From Nitrospirota bacterium (GTDB lineage: Bacteria > Nitrospirota > Thermodesulfovibrionia > Thermodesulfovibrionales > UBA1546), in NCBI GenBank assembly GCA_009773185.1, contig WPIF01000003.1, forward strand, positions 12,760-76,759: DNA of 64,000 nt, in the 5' to 3' direction. Each line of letters begins with the position of its first letter. The stretch's first letter is position 1. A program made the translations under genes and the position numbers. Positions 28,114 through 36,903 of this stretch are shown here, piece by piece. The notes below the pieces were generated by a model that saw only the letters and a program-made list of their open reading frames with translations, was not told the origin of the DNA and did no database searches.

Positions 28114-29088
28114 ATGAAACCACTAACCGAAAATAGCTTTTTTAAAGAAGTCATTCAATCACCAGATTTTCAACGATTAAAAGGGATTTCTTTTTTAGGT
28201 ATTTTAGACTATTGCTTTGAAAGTAAAAGCTATTCTACGCGATATGATCATAGCCTTGCTGTTGCAAATCTCTGCTCAGAATACTTACTGAGAAAGAATA
28301 TTTCAGAAACAGAAAAAAAATATTTTGTCTTAGCTGGACTTCTTCATGATATTGGGCACTGTGGTTTTTCGCACAGCCTGGAGCCAGTTTTCGAAGAGAA
28401 GTTTTCGATTACTCATCATGATATCACAAAGGAGATAATAACAGATTCGCCTTATCTGGCAAAAACATGGGTTAAACACAATATTGATCCCTCTCGGATT
28501 ATCGATACAATTGAAGGACTCTCGAACTCCAGAGACAAGGTTATTGCACAAATGCCTATCAATTTTGATACGTTGGACGGCATTGCAAGAACTGAAAAAA
28601 GATTTTCCACTTCTAATCGTGCAAATCTTATTAGCGCTCAAACTTTTAATGTCCTCTGCGAGAAGGATGATTGGAGCAATCAATTACGACAATTTGATTC
28701 ATTTTGGGAACAGAAGGGAAGAATCTATGGCTCATTTATTTACAATGACAAAGCACAAACAATTGAATTGTGTTTTCAGAATTTATTCAGAAATGAAACG
28801 ACCCTCTACAAAGAAGATTTTCTGCTGACTGAGCCTGAGCTCTTTGAGAAATTTGCATGGTTAAGAACTTTTACCACGGGAATTAATAACAGAACAGATG
28901 AGTTTATAAGATCAAAATCAGAAGATAATCTTGACTGCACAATTAAAACAAGCATCAGAAATTTTTTTGTTAACTCAGATGGCGATTTTTCTCCCCATAA
29001 GAATGACAGATATTTAACCTCAATCGAAGAGAAGGGATACAGCTTCAAAGACAATTATGCCTTTGCTATATTTCGAAGAGTTCTGTAA
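28114..29088 (+). CDS. HD-domain phosphohydrolase, SAMHD1/dNTPase-like motif layout
   Basis: FQRLKGISFLG, TRYDHSL, LLHDIGHCGFSH, FDTLDGIAR. Confidence 0.85.
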   Translation: MKPLTENSFFKEVIQSPDFQRLKGISFLGILDYCFESKSYSTRYDHSLAVANLCSEYLLRKNISETEKKYFVLAGLLHDIGHCGFSHSLEPVFEEKFSITHHDITKEIITDSPYLAKTWVKHNIDPSRIIDTIEGLSNSRDKVIAQMPINFDTLDGIARTEKRFSTSNRANLISAQTFNVLCEKDDWSNQLRQFDSFWEQKGRIYGSFIYNDKAQTIELCFQNLFRNETTLYKEDFLLTEPELFEKFAWLRTFTTGINNRTDEFIRSKSEDNLDCTIKTSIRNFFVNSDGDFSPHKNDRYLTSIEEKGYSFKDNYAFAIFRRVL

Positions 29089-30067
29089 AGAAACAAAATT
29101 GCCCTCTGCCACATGCTCAATAATAGCGGATTCTTATAGATTCACGGCTGAAAAAATATCTCTTACAAAAAAGCTGTTACAAAAAGAATTAAAGGCTATC
29201 ACTTCTAAAGATAAATATTGTGTTGTGGCTGTAGGATCTTACGGCAGATATGAAGCATCACAAGAGTCAGATCTGGATGGTTATATCATCTATGAGAAAA
29301 ATCTTCCAACAAGGGTCCTCACAACAATAGATAGTAAAATCAAAAAAGTTGCTCGGGAAGGTAGCATAAGACTCAGCGAGGGGTTTAAACACATTTCACT
29401 TAATGATATGCATAAAAACATTGGCGGGGAGGATGATACAAATCCGTACATTACAAACAGAATTTTGTTTTTGCTCGAATCTGAATGCTTATATGGCCTG
29501 CCATTTTATTCTCTCGCTTACAAAAACATACTTAAGAAATACCTGAATGATGTCCTGAAATTCAAGAAACAGTCTCCTCGTTTTTTGTTGAGCGACATCA
29601 TCAGGTACTACCGCACAATTTGCGTAGATTACGAATTTAAGGTAACGGAAGAAAATAAAGACTGGGCGCTGAGAAATATTAAGCTCCGCTTTTCACGAAA
29701 GGGCTTATATTTTGGAGGCATAGCGATTCTTTTAAACAGCATGAATAAGAGAGATACAGATAAATATGCCTATATATACAAAAACTTAAGGTTGCCATTT
29801 GCCGACAAAATATCTCATATTTTACTTGAGCAACACAAGACCCATGAACATGCGAATATTTTGTCGCTATACGCTGATTTTTTGAAAGAGATTTCCGCGA
29901 AAAGAACTAGAGACCATCTCAAGAAACTGCATAAGTCGGATAGACGGAAAGATGAAAAATTTCTCAGCTTGGAGAAAAAGGCAAATAGTTTTAATGTGAG
30001 CCTTAGAAAACTGCTGGATAATGGAACTTGGGGAGACAAGAATTACATTGATCTCTTAGTGCTGTAA
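29057..30067 (+). CDS. Pol-beta-superfamily nucleotidyltransferase, GlnD/DUF294-like
   Basis: VAVGSYGR.EAS.ESDLD catalytic signature; helical C domain RFLLSDIIRYYRT, RNIKLRFSRK. Confidence 0.85.
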   Translation: MPLLYFEEFCKETKLPSATCSIIADSYRFTAEKISLTKKLLQKELKAITSKDKYCVVAVGSYGRYEASQESDLDGYIIYEKNLPTRVLTTIDSKIKKVAREGSIRLSEGFKHISLNDMHKNIGGEDDTNPYITNRILFLLESECLYGLPFYSLAYKNILKKYLNDVLKFKKQSPRFLLSDIIRYYRTICVDYEFKVTEENKDWALRNIKLRFSRKGLYFGGIAILLNSMNKRDTDKYAYIYKNLRLPFADKISHILLEQHKTHEHANILSLYADFLKEISAKRTRDHLKKLHKSDRRKDEKFLSLEKKANSFNVSLRKLLDNGTWGDKNYIDLLVL

Positions 30068-30111
30068 AGCACCTGACTATCTCGGTTAATAATATGTCAC
30101 GCCTTCCTCCC

Positions 30112-31860
30112 TCAAAACCGTATCCCCAAAAGTCCCCCATCATCTGTGGCATCAGTGAATGTCTGACGAATATAGTCACCGAATTTGAAGTCAGCACTGA
30201 AATCATTAGCGGGTATCGCATCGGAATTCATCGTGCATATATACTGAAAATTTAGTTTTGCTGATTCTTTGGCTGCCAGTTCAAGAGCTAAAGCCTTTTG
30301 CCTTTCATCAACATCAGCAAAGATTATGCTGTCATGGATTAGAAAGCCCGGCCTGAATTCTTTCTCCGCCCAAATCTGTGCAAACACAAGGTCATAACAG
30401 AATATCTTCATATTGCCAATGCCATGACTTCCGGAACGTTCAATGTTAACACCGAATTTAAGACCGGTCTTTGTAACATCAATTGAGAGTGTGCCAGGGG
30501 CTTCATAGAGCGCTTGAGAGTTCGAGTTAAAAAGAAGAATTGCTTTTTCCTTCTGCAATTTTCTTTCGGAAAGATCAGTGCTTAATTGCTGTTGAAGCAG
30601 TGCGATTTCTATGGCAAGCTCACTTTTCCCTTGCTCAAATCTTTTCAGGTTTTCTATCTTAATCGCCAAATCTTTCAGTTCAGAAACGGTTTTTTGGTTG
30701 TTATTCTGCAATTGTGTATATTCCTCAAGTGCACCGTGCTCTTTCAAAATAAGCATTAATTCAGCCCTTTTTGAGGATAGTGCCTGCTTCTGTTGTTCCC
30801 TTTGTGCTATGTTGGTTTTTATTCTTTCTATTTCTGTCTTTAGGAAGTCTTTTCTATTAGAAACAACCTGCTTGTGGAAGGACAAAACATCATCAATTCT
30901 TTTTGTCACCAGGGCTGATAAATGGAGACCTGCTTCCTCATAGATTTTAATAACAGATTCCGGCTTTGCGTCAACTTCTTCATTAAGGCTTGCCTCATAG
31001 TGCTCAAGCAGTCTCTTGTCATTGATGTTTTCGTTAATAAGTTCATGTATTTTTCTGGTTATGTCGTTTGCCTCTGACTCTATATTACTGTACTGTAGGT
31101 GCACTTTGAATTTTTTTAAATCCTTTTCTTCTTGCTTAGTCTGAGCTTCAAGCCTAACCTTAACCGCTTCAAGCTCTCCAAGCGTTCCCATTAAATTAGC
31201 AAGAATTTCTGATTGAGCTTCCTGCTTAATCTGAGCAAGAATTTTCTCTCTATCCTTCAATACCTGTAACCTAGAAACAAATTCCCAGCCAAGGCCAAGA
31301 AGATACGAATTATTCACCTGAATATCCCACGTAAGCTGTTGCTTGTACTGCTGAAATGGATTAAGAAAAGCTCCTCTCTGACCGTTACGCCTGACAATAT
31401 AAGAAATCAAACTTCTAAAAGTTGGTACGTATTTCATAGTGTCGTATGAGGGTTTAAGTCCAAACATCAATACTCCGAGTGTCTTATTCCAGTCATTTTT
31501 TGAAAGCACTTTAGTACCTGTCTCAAGGTCGGCATCTGGAGGAATCGGCCATCCAGAACAGTCCCCGTCTATGATGATTTTATTTTGTTTGGCAGTATTC
31601 CTAGTTACAGAATATTTTTTCCCTGCTATGTCAAGGTCTATGGTGAATGACCAGTCATCCAATTCTTTTTTGGAGAGGGTTTCACCTTTATTTGCGCCCA
31701 TACAAAAATGTATAATCTCAACAAGAGTAGACTTTCCAAGCCCATTTCGTGAATCTTTTTTTGTGGACTCTTTTGTCCTTTCCGCAAGAATTACATTGAA
31801 TCCAGGCTGAAACTTTATGGTTTTGAATGACGGCTTATCGCTCTTTACGGAATATATCAT
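30112..31860 (-). CDS. SMC/Rad50-like ABC ATPase (DUF2326, ABC-3C/LmuB-like)
   Basis: Walker A RNGLGKST, central coiled coil, signature-like GSHG, FLIHDS..ADVDERQ. Confidence 0.85.
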   Translation of the reverse strand: MIYSVKSDKPSFKTIKFQPGFNVILAERTKESTKKDSRNGLGKSTLVEIIHFCMGANKGETLSKKELDDWSFTIDLDIAGKKYSVTRNTAKQNKIIIDGDCSGWPIPPDADLETGTKVLSKNDWNKTLGVLMFGLKPSYDTMKYVPTFRSLISYIVRRNGQRGAFLNPFQQYKQQLTWDIQVNNSYLLGLGWEFVSRLQVLKDREKILAQIKQEAQSEILANLMGTLGELEAVKVRLEAQTKQEEKDLKKFKVHLQYSNIESEANDITRKIHELINENINDKRLLEHYEASLNEEVDAKPESVIKIYEEAGLHLSALVTKRIDDVLSFHKQVVSNRKDFLKTEIERIKTNIAQREQQKQALSSKRAELMLILKEHGALEEYTQLQNNNQKTVSELKDLAIKIENLKRFEQGKSELAIEIALLQQQLSTDLSERKLQKEKAILLFNSNSQALYEAPGTLSIDVTKTGLKFGVNIERSGSHGIGNMKIFCYDLVFAQIWAEKEFRPGFLIHDSIIFADVDERQKALALELAAKESAKLNFQYICTMNSDAIPANDFSADFKFGDYIRQTFTDATDDGGLLGIRF

Positions 31861-32084
31861 TTTTCAACCCTTCTCAAGAGACCGTCCTTAAAATCAACAG
31901 TGCCAATTATGAATAAGAAATCAAGCGCCAAGGTGAACCTCTCAAAGCTTTTGATTTCCGGCAAAGAATGCGTTCCAGCCCATAAAGAAGTTACTGTTCT
32001 GTCCGCGTCAAGATGTCTCAAGAGGATTGCCCCTACGCCAATTAGAGTGTTCGATAGTTTTAAGTGTTTTGTAGGAAGAATCAT
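31857..32084 (-). CDS. Small middle component of an ABC-3C/Lamassu-like system (LmuC-like)
   Basis: MILPTKH start, FTLALDFLFIIG; ATGA overlaps with both neighbours. Confidence 0.75.
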   Translation of the reverse strand: MILPTKHLKLSNTLIGVGAILLRHLDADRTVTSLWAGTHSLPEIKSFERFTLALDFLFIIGTVDFKDGLLRRVEK

Positions 32085-32887
32085 TTCTCAAACACCTCAC
32101 ATTTTTCAAACAAATAGACAAGCACTGTCAGCCCAGCAGCTCTCTGTTTAAAATCTGTAGCACCTGCACATGCGAAATCCAAAAGCCCATTAAATAGGTC
32201 GTCCCCACTCAGCATTTCAGTATTTTTCAGTTGTTCATACTCCATTACAAATCCTTGTGACAAATGCTCACCAAATTCTATATCAGGGCATCTATTAACA
32301 AAATCAGCTACCTGCTTTGCTTGTATCATTCCCATCATGATCAGTTGCTCAATGGTGTTAGAAAGGCCGTTCTTCTTAATTTTATCCTTGGGCGGAATTA
32401 GCGTTAATGAGTCATTTACGACTGCCTGACCAGACATGATATACCGTGTAACAACACTAAGCTCTGCAAAAGTCACCTCTACAACAGCTTGGCCAGTGAG
32501 CATATTTATCCAATCCTCATGGTCTCGTTTAATGTCGGATAGTTTTTCGACAGTATATGTATTTGGCTGATCATCAATTTGTTTATGGCAGGATGGGCAC
32601 ATAAAAATAAGGTTGGGGTGAGCATTTCGCTCTATGTCAGACATGTTGGCATCATAGCGAGCAGATCCTGGTTTTTCACCTTTGATGTGGGCCATCTCGG
32701 CAACGAGTGACGCAGGATCAGTTGCAGTACTGTCAACGACCAGAATTTTCCGACAATCAGGCATTGCACATCTATTGCCACTTTTAGTACATAGTATTTT
32801 CTGATCTTTTGGTTTTATTTCGCTCATGTTTTTAGTTTTGCAGTTGAGGTGTCCACGGATAACAATCTCCTTTCCGACAATTTTCAA
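32081..32887 (-). CDS. HNH endonuclease effector fused to an ABC-3C C-terminal domain (LmuA-like); likely start 32827
   Basis: SGNRCAMPDC, AHI.G....ARY, NLIFMCPSCHKQID; terminal VYLFEKCEVFE. Confidence 0.85.
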   Translation of the reverse strand: MKIVGKEIVIRGHLNCKTKNMSEIKPKDQKILCTKSGNRCAMPDCRKILVVDSTATDPASLVAEMAHIKGEKPGSARYDANMSDIERNAHPNLIFMCPSCHKQIDDQPNTYTVEKLSDIKRDHEDWINMLTGQAVVEVTFAELSVVTRYIMSGQAVVNDSLTLIPPKDKIKKNGLSNTIEQLIMMGMIQAKQVADFVNRCPDIEFGEHLSQGFVMEYEQLKNTEMLSGDDLFNGLLDFACAGATDFKQRAAGLTVLVYLFEKCEVFEK

Positions 32888-33004
32888 CCCAAAATCCCTT
32901 TCAATAATAGTTATTTTGAACGGTTTTTTGCAAGCATATGCCAGATGGTGAACAAAAGGTCTGAAACCCCGACTTGCTTATTTCTGTTCTATAGAACTTT
33001 GGAA

Positions 33005-33673
33005 CTATCTCAGCGACATCTTTGCATCAAGAACAATCGCGCCTTTGGGATAAAGCGAGACAGGATTTAAATCTATCTCTTCAACATCTCCTGATGAGAT
33101 TATCTCTGAGACAGCGAGGATTACCTTTATAAGGGCGTCCTTATCAACAGCAGGTTTTCCGCGAAAGCCTTCAATCAGTTTATACCCTTTTATCTGCTGA
33201 ATAAGCCAAAACGCGTCTTTCTCCTTCATCGGCGCTAAGGCAAATGCGACATCCTTGTATAATTCTACAAATACACCGCCAAGCCCGAACATCACAACAG
33301 GGCCGAACTGCTTGTCTATTATTCCTCCGACAATAACTTCAAGCCCCTCCGGAGCCATTTCCTCGACAAGCACTCCTTCTGCATTCTCTATCCCTGAAAG
33401 TTCATTAACAGCATTTTTTAATTCATCCTCATTTTTAATCCTGAGCCTTATCCCTTTTGCATCAGTCTTTGACGTTATCTTTGAAGAAGAGACCTTGGCA
33501 ACAAGGGGATATGAGAGAGCCGAGAGCTGAGAGCCGAGGGCTGAGAGCGGTGTTTCTTTAGGTATGAACACACCCATTGGCACAGAAAGCCCGATGCTTT
33601 TCAGAAACCCTTTGACTTCGTGTTCAAGGAAAGTTCTTTTGTCTTTATTCTTTTCGAAAAAAGCTTTTATCAT
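33005..33673 (-). CDS. Stand-alone ATP-grasp (beta) subunit of an ADP-forming acyl-CoA synthetase, with a heptamer insert
   Basis: YPLVAKV, HK-like SKTDA.G, VEEM, GPVVMFGLGGVFVE..KDV, EIDLNP, VLDAK. Confidence 0.88.
   Translation of the reverse strand: MIKAFFEKNKDKRTFLEHEVKGFLKSIGLSVPMGVFIPKETPLSALGSQLSALSYPLVAKVSSSKITSKTDAKGIRLRIKNEDELKNAVNELSGIENAEGVLVEEMAPEGLEVIVGGIIDKQFGPVVMFGLGGVFVELYKDVAFALAPMKEKDAFWLIQQIKGYKLIEGFRGKPAVDKDALIKVILAVSEIISSGDVEEIDLNPVSLYPKGAIVLDAKMSLR
33514..33548. repeat. In-frame heptamer tract (N-GAG(A/G)GC) x5
   Basis: AGAGAGC CGAGAGC TGAGAGC CGAGGGC TGAGAGC; encodes the LSALGSQLSALS segment. Confidence 0.85.
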
Positions 33674-33780
33674 TATGTATTAATTATAGCCTGATTTTTT
33701 GTTATTTCGAATAAATTATTACAGTACGGCAAAAAAACATAAATGCTTTAAGTTTCCAAGCCCATTATAATAAAGGCAGC

Positions 33781-34947
33781 ATGAAAAAGGATGTCATTAT
33801 TATCGGGGCAGGGGCAGCAGGCCTGATGTGCGCTATTGAATCAGGAAAACGCGGCCGCTCTGTTTTAATTCTTGACCATGCTAAAAAAATAGGGAGCAAG
33901 ATACGCATCTCAGGGGGCGGGCATTGTAATTTTACGAATATTAATGTTTCCCCTGACAAATATCTCTCTCACAACCCTCATTTCTGTAAATCAGCCCTCA
34001 GCCGTTTTACACCCCATGATTTTATTGCCATGCTTGAAAAACATGGCATCAAATATCATGAAAAAGAACTGGGCCAGCTATTCTGCAATGAAAGCGCTGC
34101 AGAGATTGTTAACATGCTTCACAAGGAATGTAAGGAAGCCGGCGTTGAAATACGCTTAAACTGCCATATTTCAGAGATAAAAAAACATGGTTCCTTTGTA
34201 ATTTCAACAAACCTTGGCGCGTTCCAATCAGAATCACTGGTCATTGCAACAGGCGGCCTGTCCTATCCTGAACTTGGGACAACAGGTTTTGGCCACACTA
34301 TAGCCAAAAAGTTAGGTATCAGGGTCACACCGGTAAAACCTGCGCTGGTCCCGCTTACATTCAGCAAAAAAGACCTTGGTATTTTCGGAGAATTGAGCGG
34401 TATCTCAATCAATGCAGCTGTCAGTTGTAACAATAAAGAATTCCGCGGGGATATTCTTTTCACTCACCGCGGGCTCAGCGGGCCTGCTGTCCTCCAAATC
34501 TCATCTTGCTGGAATCAGGGCGATACCCTCATCATCAATCTGTTGCCGGCAATAGATGCCTATGAGTTATTCCTGACAAAACAACAGAGCAAAATGGAGA
34601 TGAAAAATTTTCTGCCCCAATATCTGCCCAAGCGGTTTATCCAGAAATGGTGCGATTTATATATTCAGCAAAAACCAATCTGCCAATACACAGACAGGGA
34701 ACTTAATAAGATTGCCCGGCAGCTCCACAACTGGGAGATTAAGCCGGCAGGGACTGAAGGATATAAAAAAGCCGAAGTTACTCTTGGCGGAATTGACACG
34801 GATGAATTATCATCTAAGACAATGGAAGCTAAAAAGATTGCCGGGTTGTATTTTATAGGAGAGGCTGTGGATGTTACCGGGCAGCTTGGAGGGTACAACC
34901 TTCACTGGGCCTGGGCGTCAGGCCATGCTGCAGGGCAATATGCGTAA
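33781..34947 (+). CDS. HI0933/YhiN (BaiN-like) flavoprotein
   Basis: GAGAAG, ISGGGHCNFTN, LATGG-like, LFTHRGLSGP, VTLGG, GGYNL.WAWASG. Confidence 0.92.
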   Translation: MKKDVIIIGAGAAGLMCAIESGKRGRSVLILDHAKKIGSKIRISGGGHCNFTNINVSPDKYLSHNPHFCKSALSRFTPHDFIAMLEKHGIKYHEKELGQLFCNESAAEIVNMLHKECKEAGVEIRLNCHISEIKKHGSFVISTNLGAFQSESLVIATGGLSYPELGTTGFGHTIAKKLGIRVTPVKPALVPLTFSKKDLGIFGELSGISINAAVSCNNKEFRGDILFTHRGLSGPAVLQISSCWNQGDTLIINLLPAIDAYELFLTKQQSKMEMKNFLPQYLPKRFIQKWCDLYIQQKPICQYTDRELNKIARQLHNWEIKPAGTEGYKKAEVTLGGIDTDELSSKTMEAKKIAGLYFIGEAVDVTGQLGGYNLHWAWASGHAAGQYA

Positions 34948-35518
34948 AACAATAATTCTGGCCTCGGCATCTCCAAGGAGAAAAGAGCTGTTAAAACTAA
35001 CCGGCCTGAAATTCAGGGTTGATGCAAGTAACTATGAAGAAAACCTGAACCTGAAATTAAAGCCTCATAAACTCGCAAGGTTCCTGTCTAAACAAAAAGC
35101 AAAGACAGTTGCCGGAAAATATAAAGATGCGGTTATTATTGCAGCAGACACATTTATTGTCTTTAAAAACAGATTGCTCGGCAAACCGCACACCGCCGCA
35201 GAAGCAAGGAAAATGCTCAAAACACTTAACGGCAAATCGCACTCCGTGATTACAGGCTTTACTATCATGGATACCGGCAGCAATAAAACAACCTCAGGCT
35301 CAGTAGAGACAAAGGTCTACCTCAAAAAGCTTTCCTCAAAAGAGATAGATGCCTATGTCAGGACAAAAGAACCTCTGGACAAGGCAGGGGCCTATGCGAT
35401 TCAGGGACTGGGCTCTGTCATTATCAAAAAAATAGAGGGAGATTATTTTAATGTAATCGGCCTTCCCTTGAGTGCTTTAACGGAAAGCCTTAAGAAATTC
35501 GGCATTTTCGTGTTATGA
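34940..35518 (+). CDS. maf: Maf nucleotide pyrophosphatase
   Basis: ILASASPRR, AADT, KAGAYAIQG, NVIGLP; start set at MRKTI. Confidence 0.93.
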   Translation: MRKTIILASASPRRKELLKLTGLKFRVDASNYEENLNLKLKPHKLARFLSKQKAKTVAGKYKDAVIIAADTFIVFKNRLLGKPHTAAEARKMLKTLNGKSHSVITGFTIMDTGSNKTTSGSVETKVYLKKLSSKEIDAYVRTKEPLDKAGAYAIQGLGSVIIKKIEGDYFNVIGLPLSALTESLKKFGIFVL

Positions 35519-35868
35519 GCGGAAAAGATAATATCCTGGATAAACTGCTGTCTAATTATTGTTTTTGGAGCCTTGCTGCAATAGGCTCGTTCATCATACT
35601 TGTTTCCCTTTTTTTAGCTGCTGTTTTTATTCAGAGAATAAACTTCTTAATGCTCGTGATGGTCCTGTTGTTTGGTTTTCTCTGGATAGGCGCGACCTCG
35701 ATAAGCCGCCATTCCTTTGTCCTTCTTAAAAGGTATATCGGCAGGGAGGGAGAAATAAGTATTTTAGAGTTCCTTTCAACACAGCTTGTTGTCTTTCTGT
35801 TTCCCTTTGCTTACAGGAAGGTAAAAAAAGAAGCAGAGTTATACAGGAAGAAAAATTCAGCGGACTAA
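35515..35868 (+). CDS. Hypothetical membrane protein
   Basis: Three hydrophobic segments; ATGA coupling with maf. Confidence 0.65.
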   Translation: MSGKDNILDKLLSNYCFWSLAAIGSFIILVSLFLAAVFIQRINFLMLVMVLLFGFLWIGATSISRHSFVLLKRYIGREGEISILEFLSTQLVVFLFPFAYRKVKKEAELYRKKNSAD

Positions 35869-36840
35869 AACATCCTCTTTAGCCGCCTTTAGCTCATTAA
35901 TGGTTTCCATCATCTGATATTTTGTCTTTGCATGAAATGCCTTTTCTCTCAGCGGCTTAATATCCTTAAGCCCTTTTGTATACCACACAAAAAATTTACG
36001 GAAAAGCTTAATCCCTATCAGCTCACCGTGGTAATCACTGCATAAATTCAGGTGTGTGAGCATCGTGTTGACTATTTCATCCCTGCGGCGTCTCTGCGGT
36101 ATCGTGCCGTTTCTCATGAATTCCTCTGCATCCTTAAATATCCAGGGATTCCCCAGTGCGCCCCTTGCTATTACCACACCGTCACAGCCTGTCTCATCGA
36201 ACATTTTTTTAATCAATTGGGGGGAGAGCACATCTCCGCTGGCTATGACCGGTATCGCAAGCGCCTCTTTTACCTCTCTGATTACCTGATAATCCACCCC
36301 TCCTTTATACCCCTGCTCTCTTGTTCTTCCATGGATGAATAGCCCCTTTATTCCTGAATCCTGGGCATAAAGCGCCACGTCTCTGGCATTTACGCAGGCC
36401 TCATCCCACCCTGAACGTATCTTTACAGTGACAGTGACATTGGAATTTTCAACCAGCGCCTTAAGCAGTTCACTTAATCTGCGAGGCTCCTTAAGCAGGC
36501 TTGCTCCTTCGCCCCTGCTCGTTACCTTGCTTACAGGGCAGGCTGCATTAAAATCTATAATATCGAAAAGGTATTCTTTCAGCACTTCCAGCGCGCCGCG
36601 TATGGATTCAGTATCATTACCGAGCAATTGTATCCCCAGAGGCCTGTCAGAAGGAATCGTTGCAAGCATATCCAGTGTCTTTTTGTTCCGGCTGACAAGG
36701 GCGCGGCAGCTTATCATCTCTAAAAACGCAAATTTACACCCGAAAGAACGGTTAATCATACGAAACGGCAGATCGCTTATCCCTGACAGCGGGGCCAGAA
36801 TATACGGAGAAGGGAATGTTACGTTGCCGATCTTAAGCAC
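35857..36840 (-). CDS. dusB: tRNA-dihydrouridine synthase
   Basis: LAPLSGISD, N..CP..KV, TVKIR.GW, HGRT, ARGALGNPW. Confidence 0.92.
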   Translation of the reverse strand: MLKIGNVTFPSPYILAPLSGISDLPFRMINRSFGCKFAFLEMISCRALVSRNKKTLDMLATIPSDRPLGIQLLGNDTESIRGALEVLKEYLFDIIDFNAACPVSKVTSRGEGASLLKEPRRLSELLKALVENSNVTVTVKIRSGWDEACVNARDVALYAQDSGIKGLFIHGRTREQGYKGGVDYQVIREVKEALAIPVIASGDVLSPQLIKKMFDETGCDGVVIARGALGNPWIFKDAEEFMRNGTIPQRRRRDEIVNTMLTHLNLCSDYHGELIGIKLFRKFFVWYTKGLKDIKPLREKAFHAKTKYQMMETINELKAAKEDVLVR

Positions 36841-36903
36841 AGACGCTATTCTATATTTAAGCTTTGGGCTGCGTCAATCGTGCATAATAAATCAGATAAG
36901 CAA

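Larger units (their letters stand above)
27907..33004. mobile_element. AT-rich defence-type island downstream of tRNA-Leu
   Basis: Visibly more AT-rich than the flanks; five non-housekeeping genes; no integrase or tRNA-end duplication seen. Confidence 0.65.

Noticed and set aside
27880-33100. attL/attR duplication of the tRNA-Leu 3' end and an island integrase
   Set aside because: No second copy of the tRNA end and no tyrosine or serine recombinase ORF seen.
34871-34939. Extended N termini in the ORF track (maf; likewise kdsA, kdsC, gmhA, queC, oppF, ABC-F)
   Set aside because: Homology begins at a downstream ATG, often with better SD or coupling; starts were trimmed or noted.
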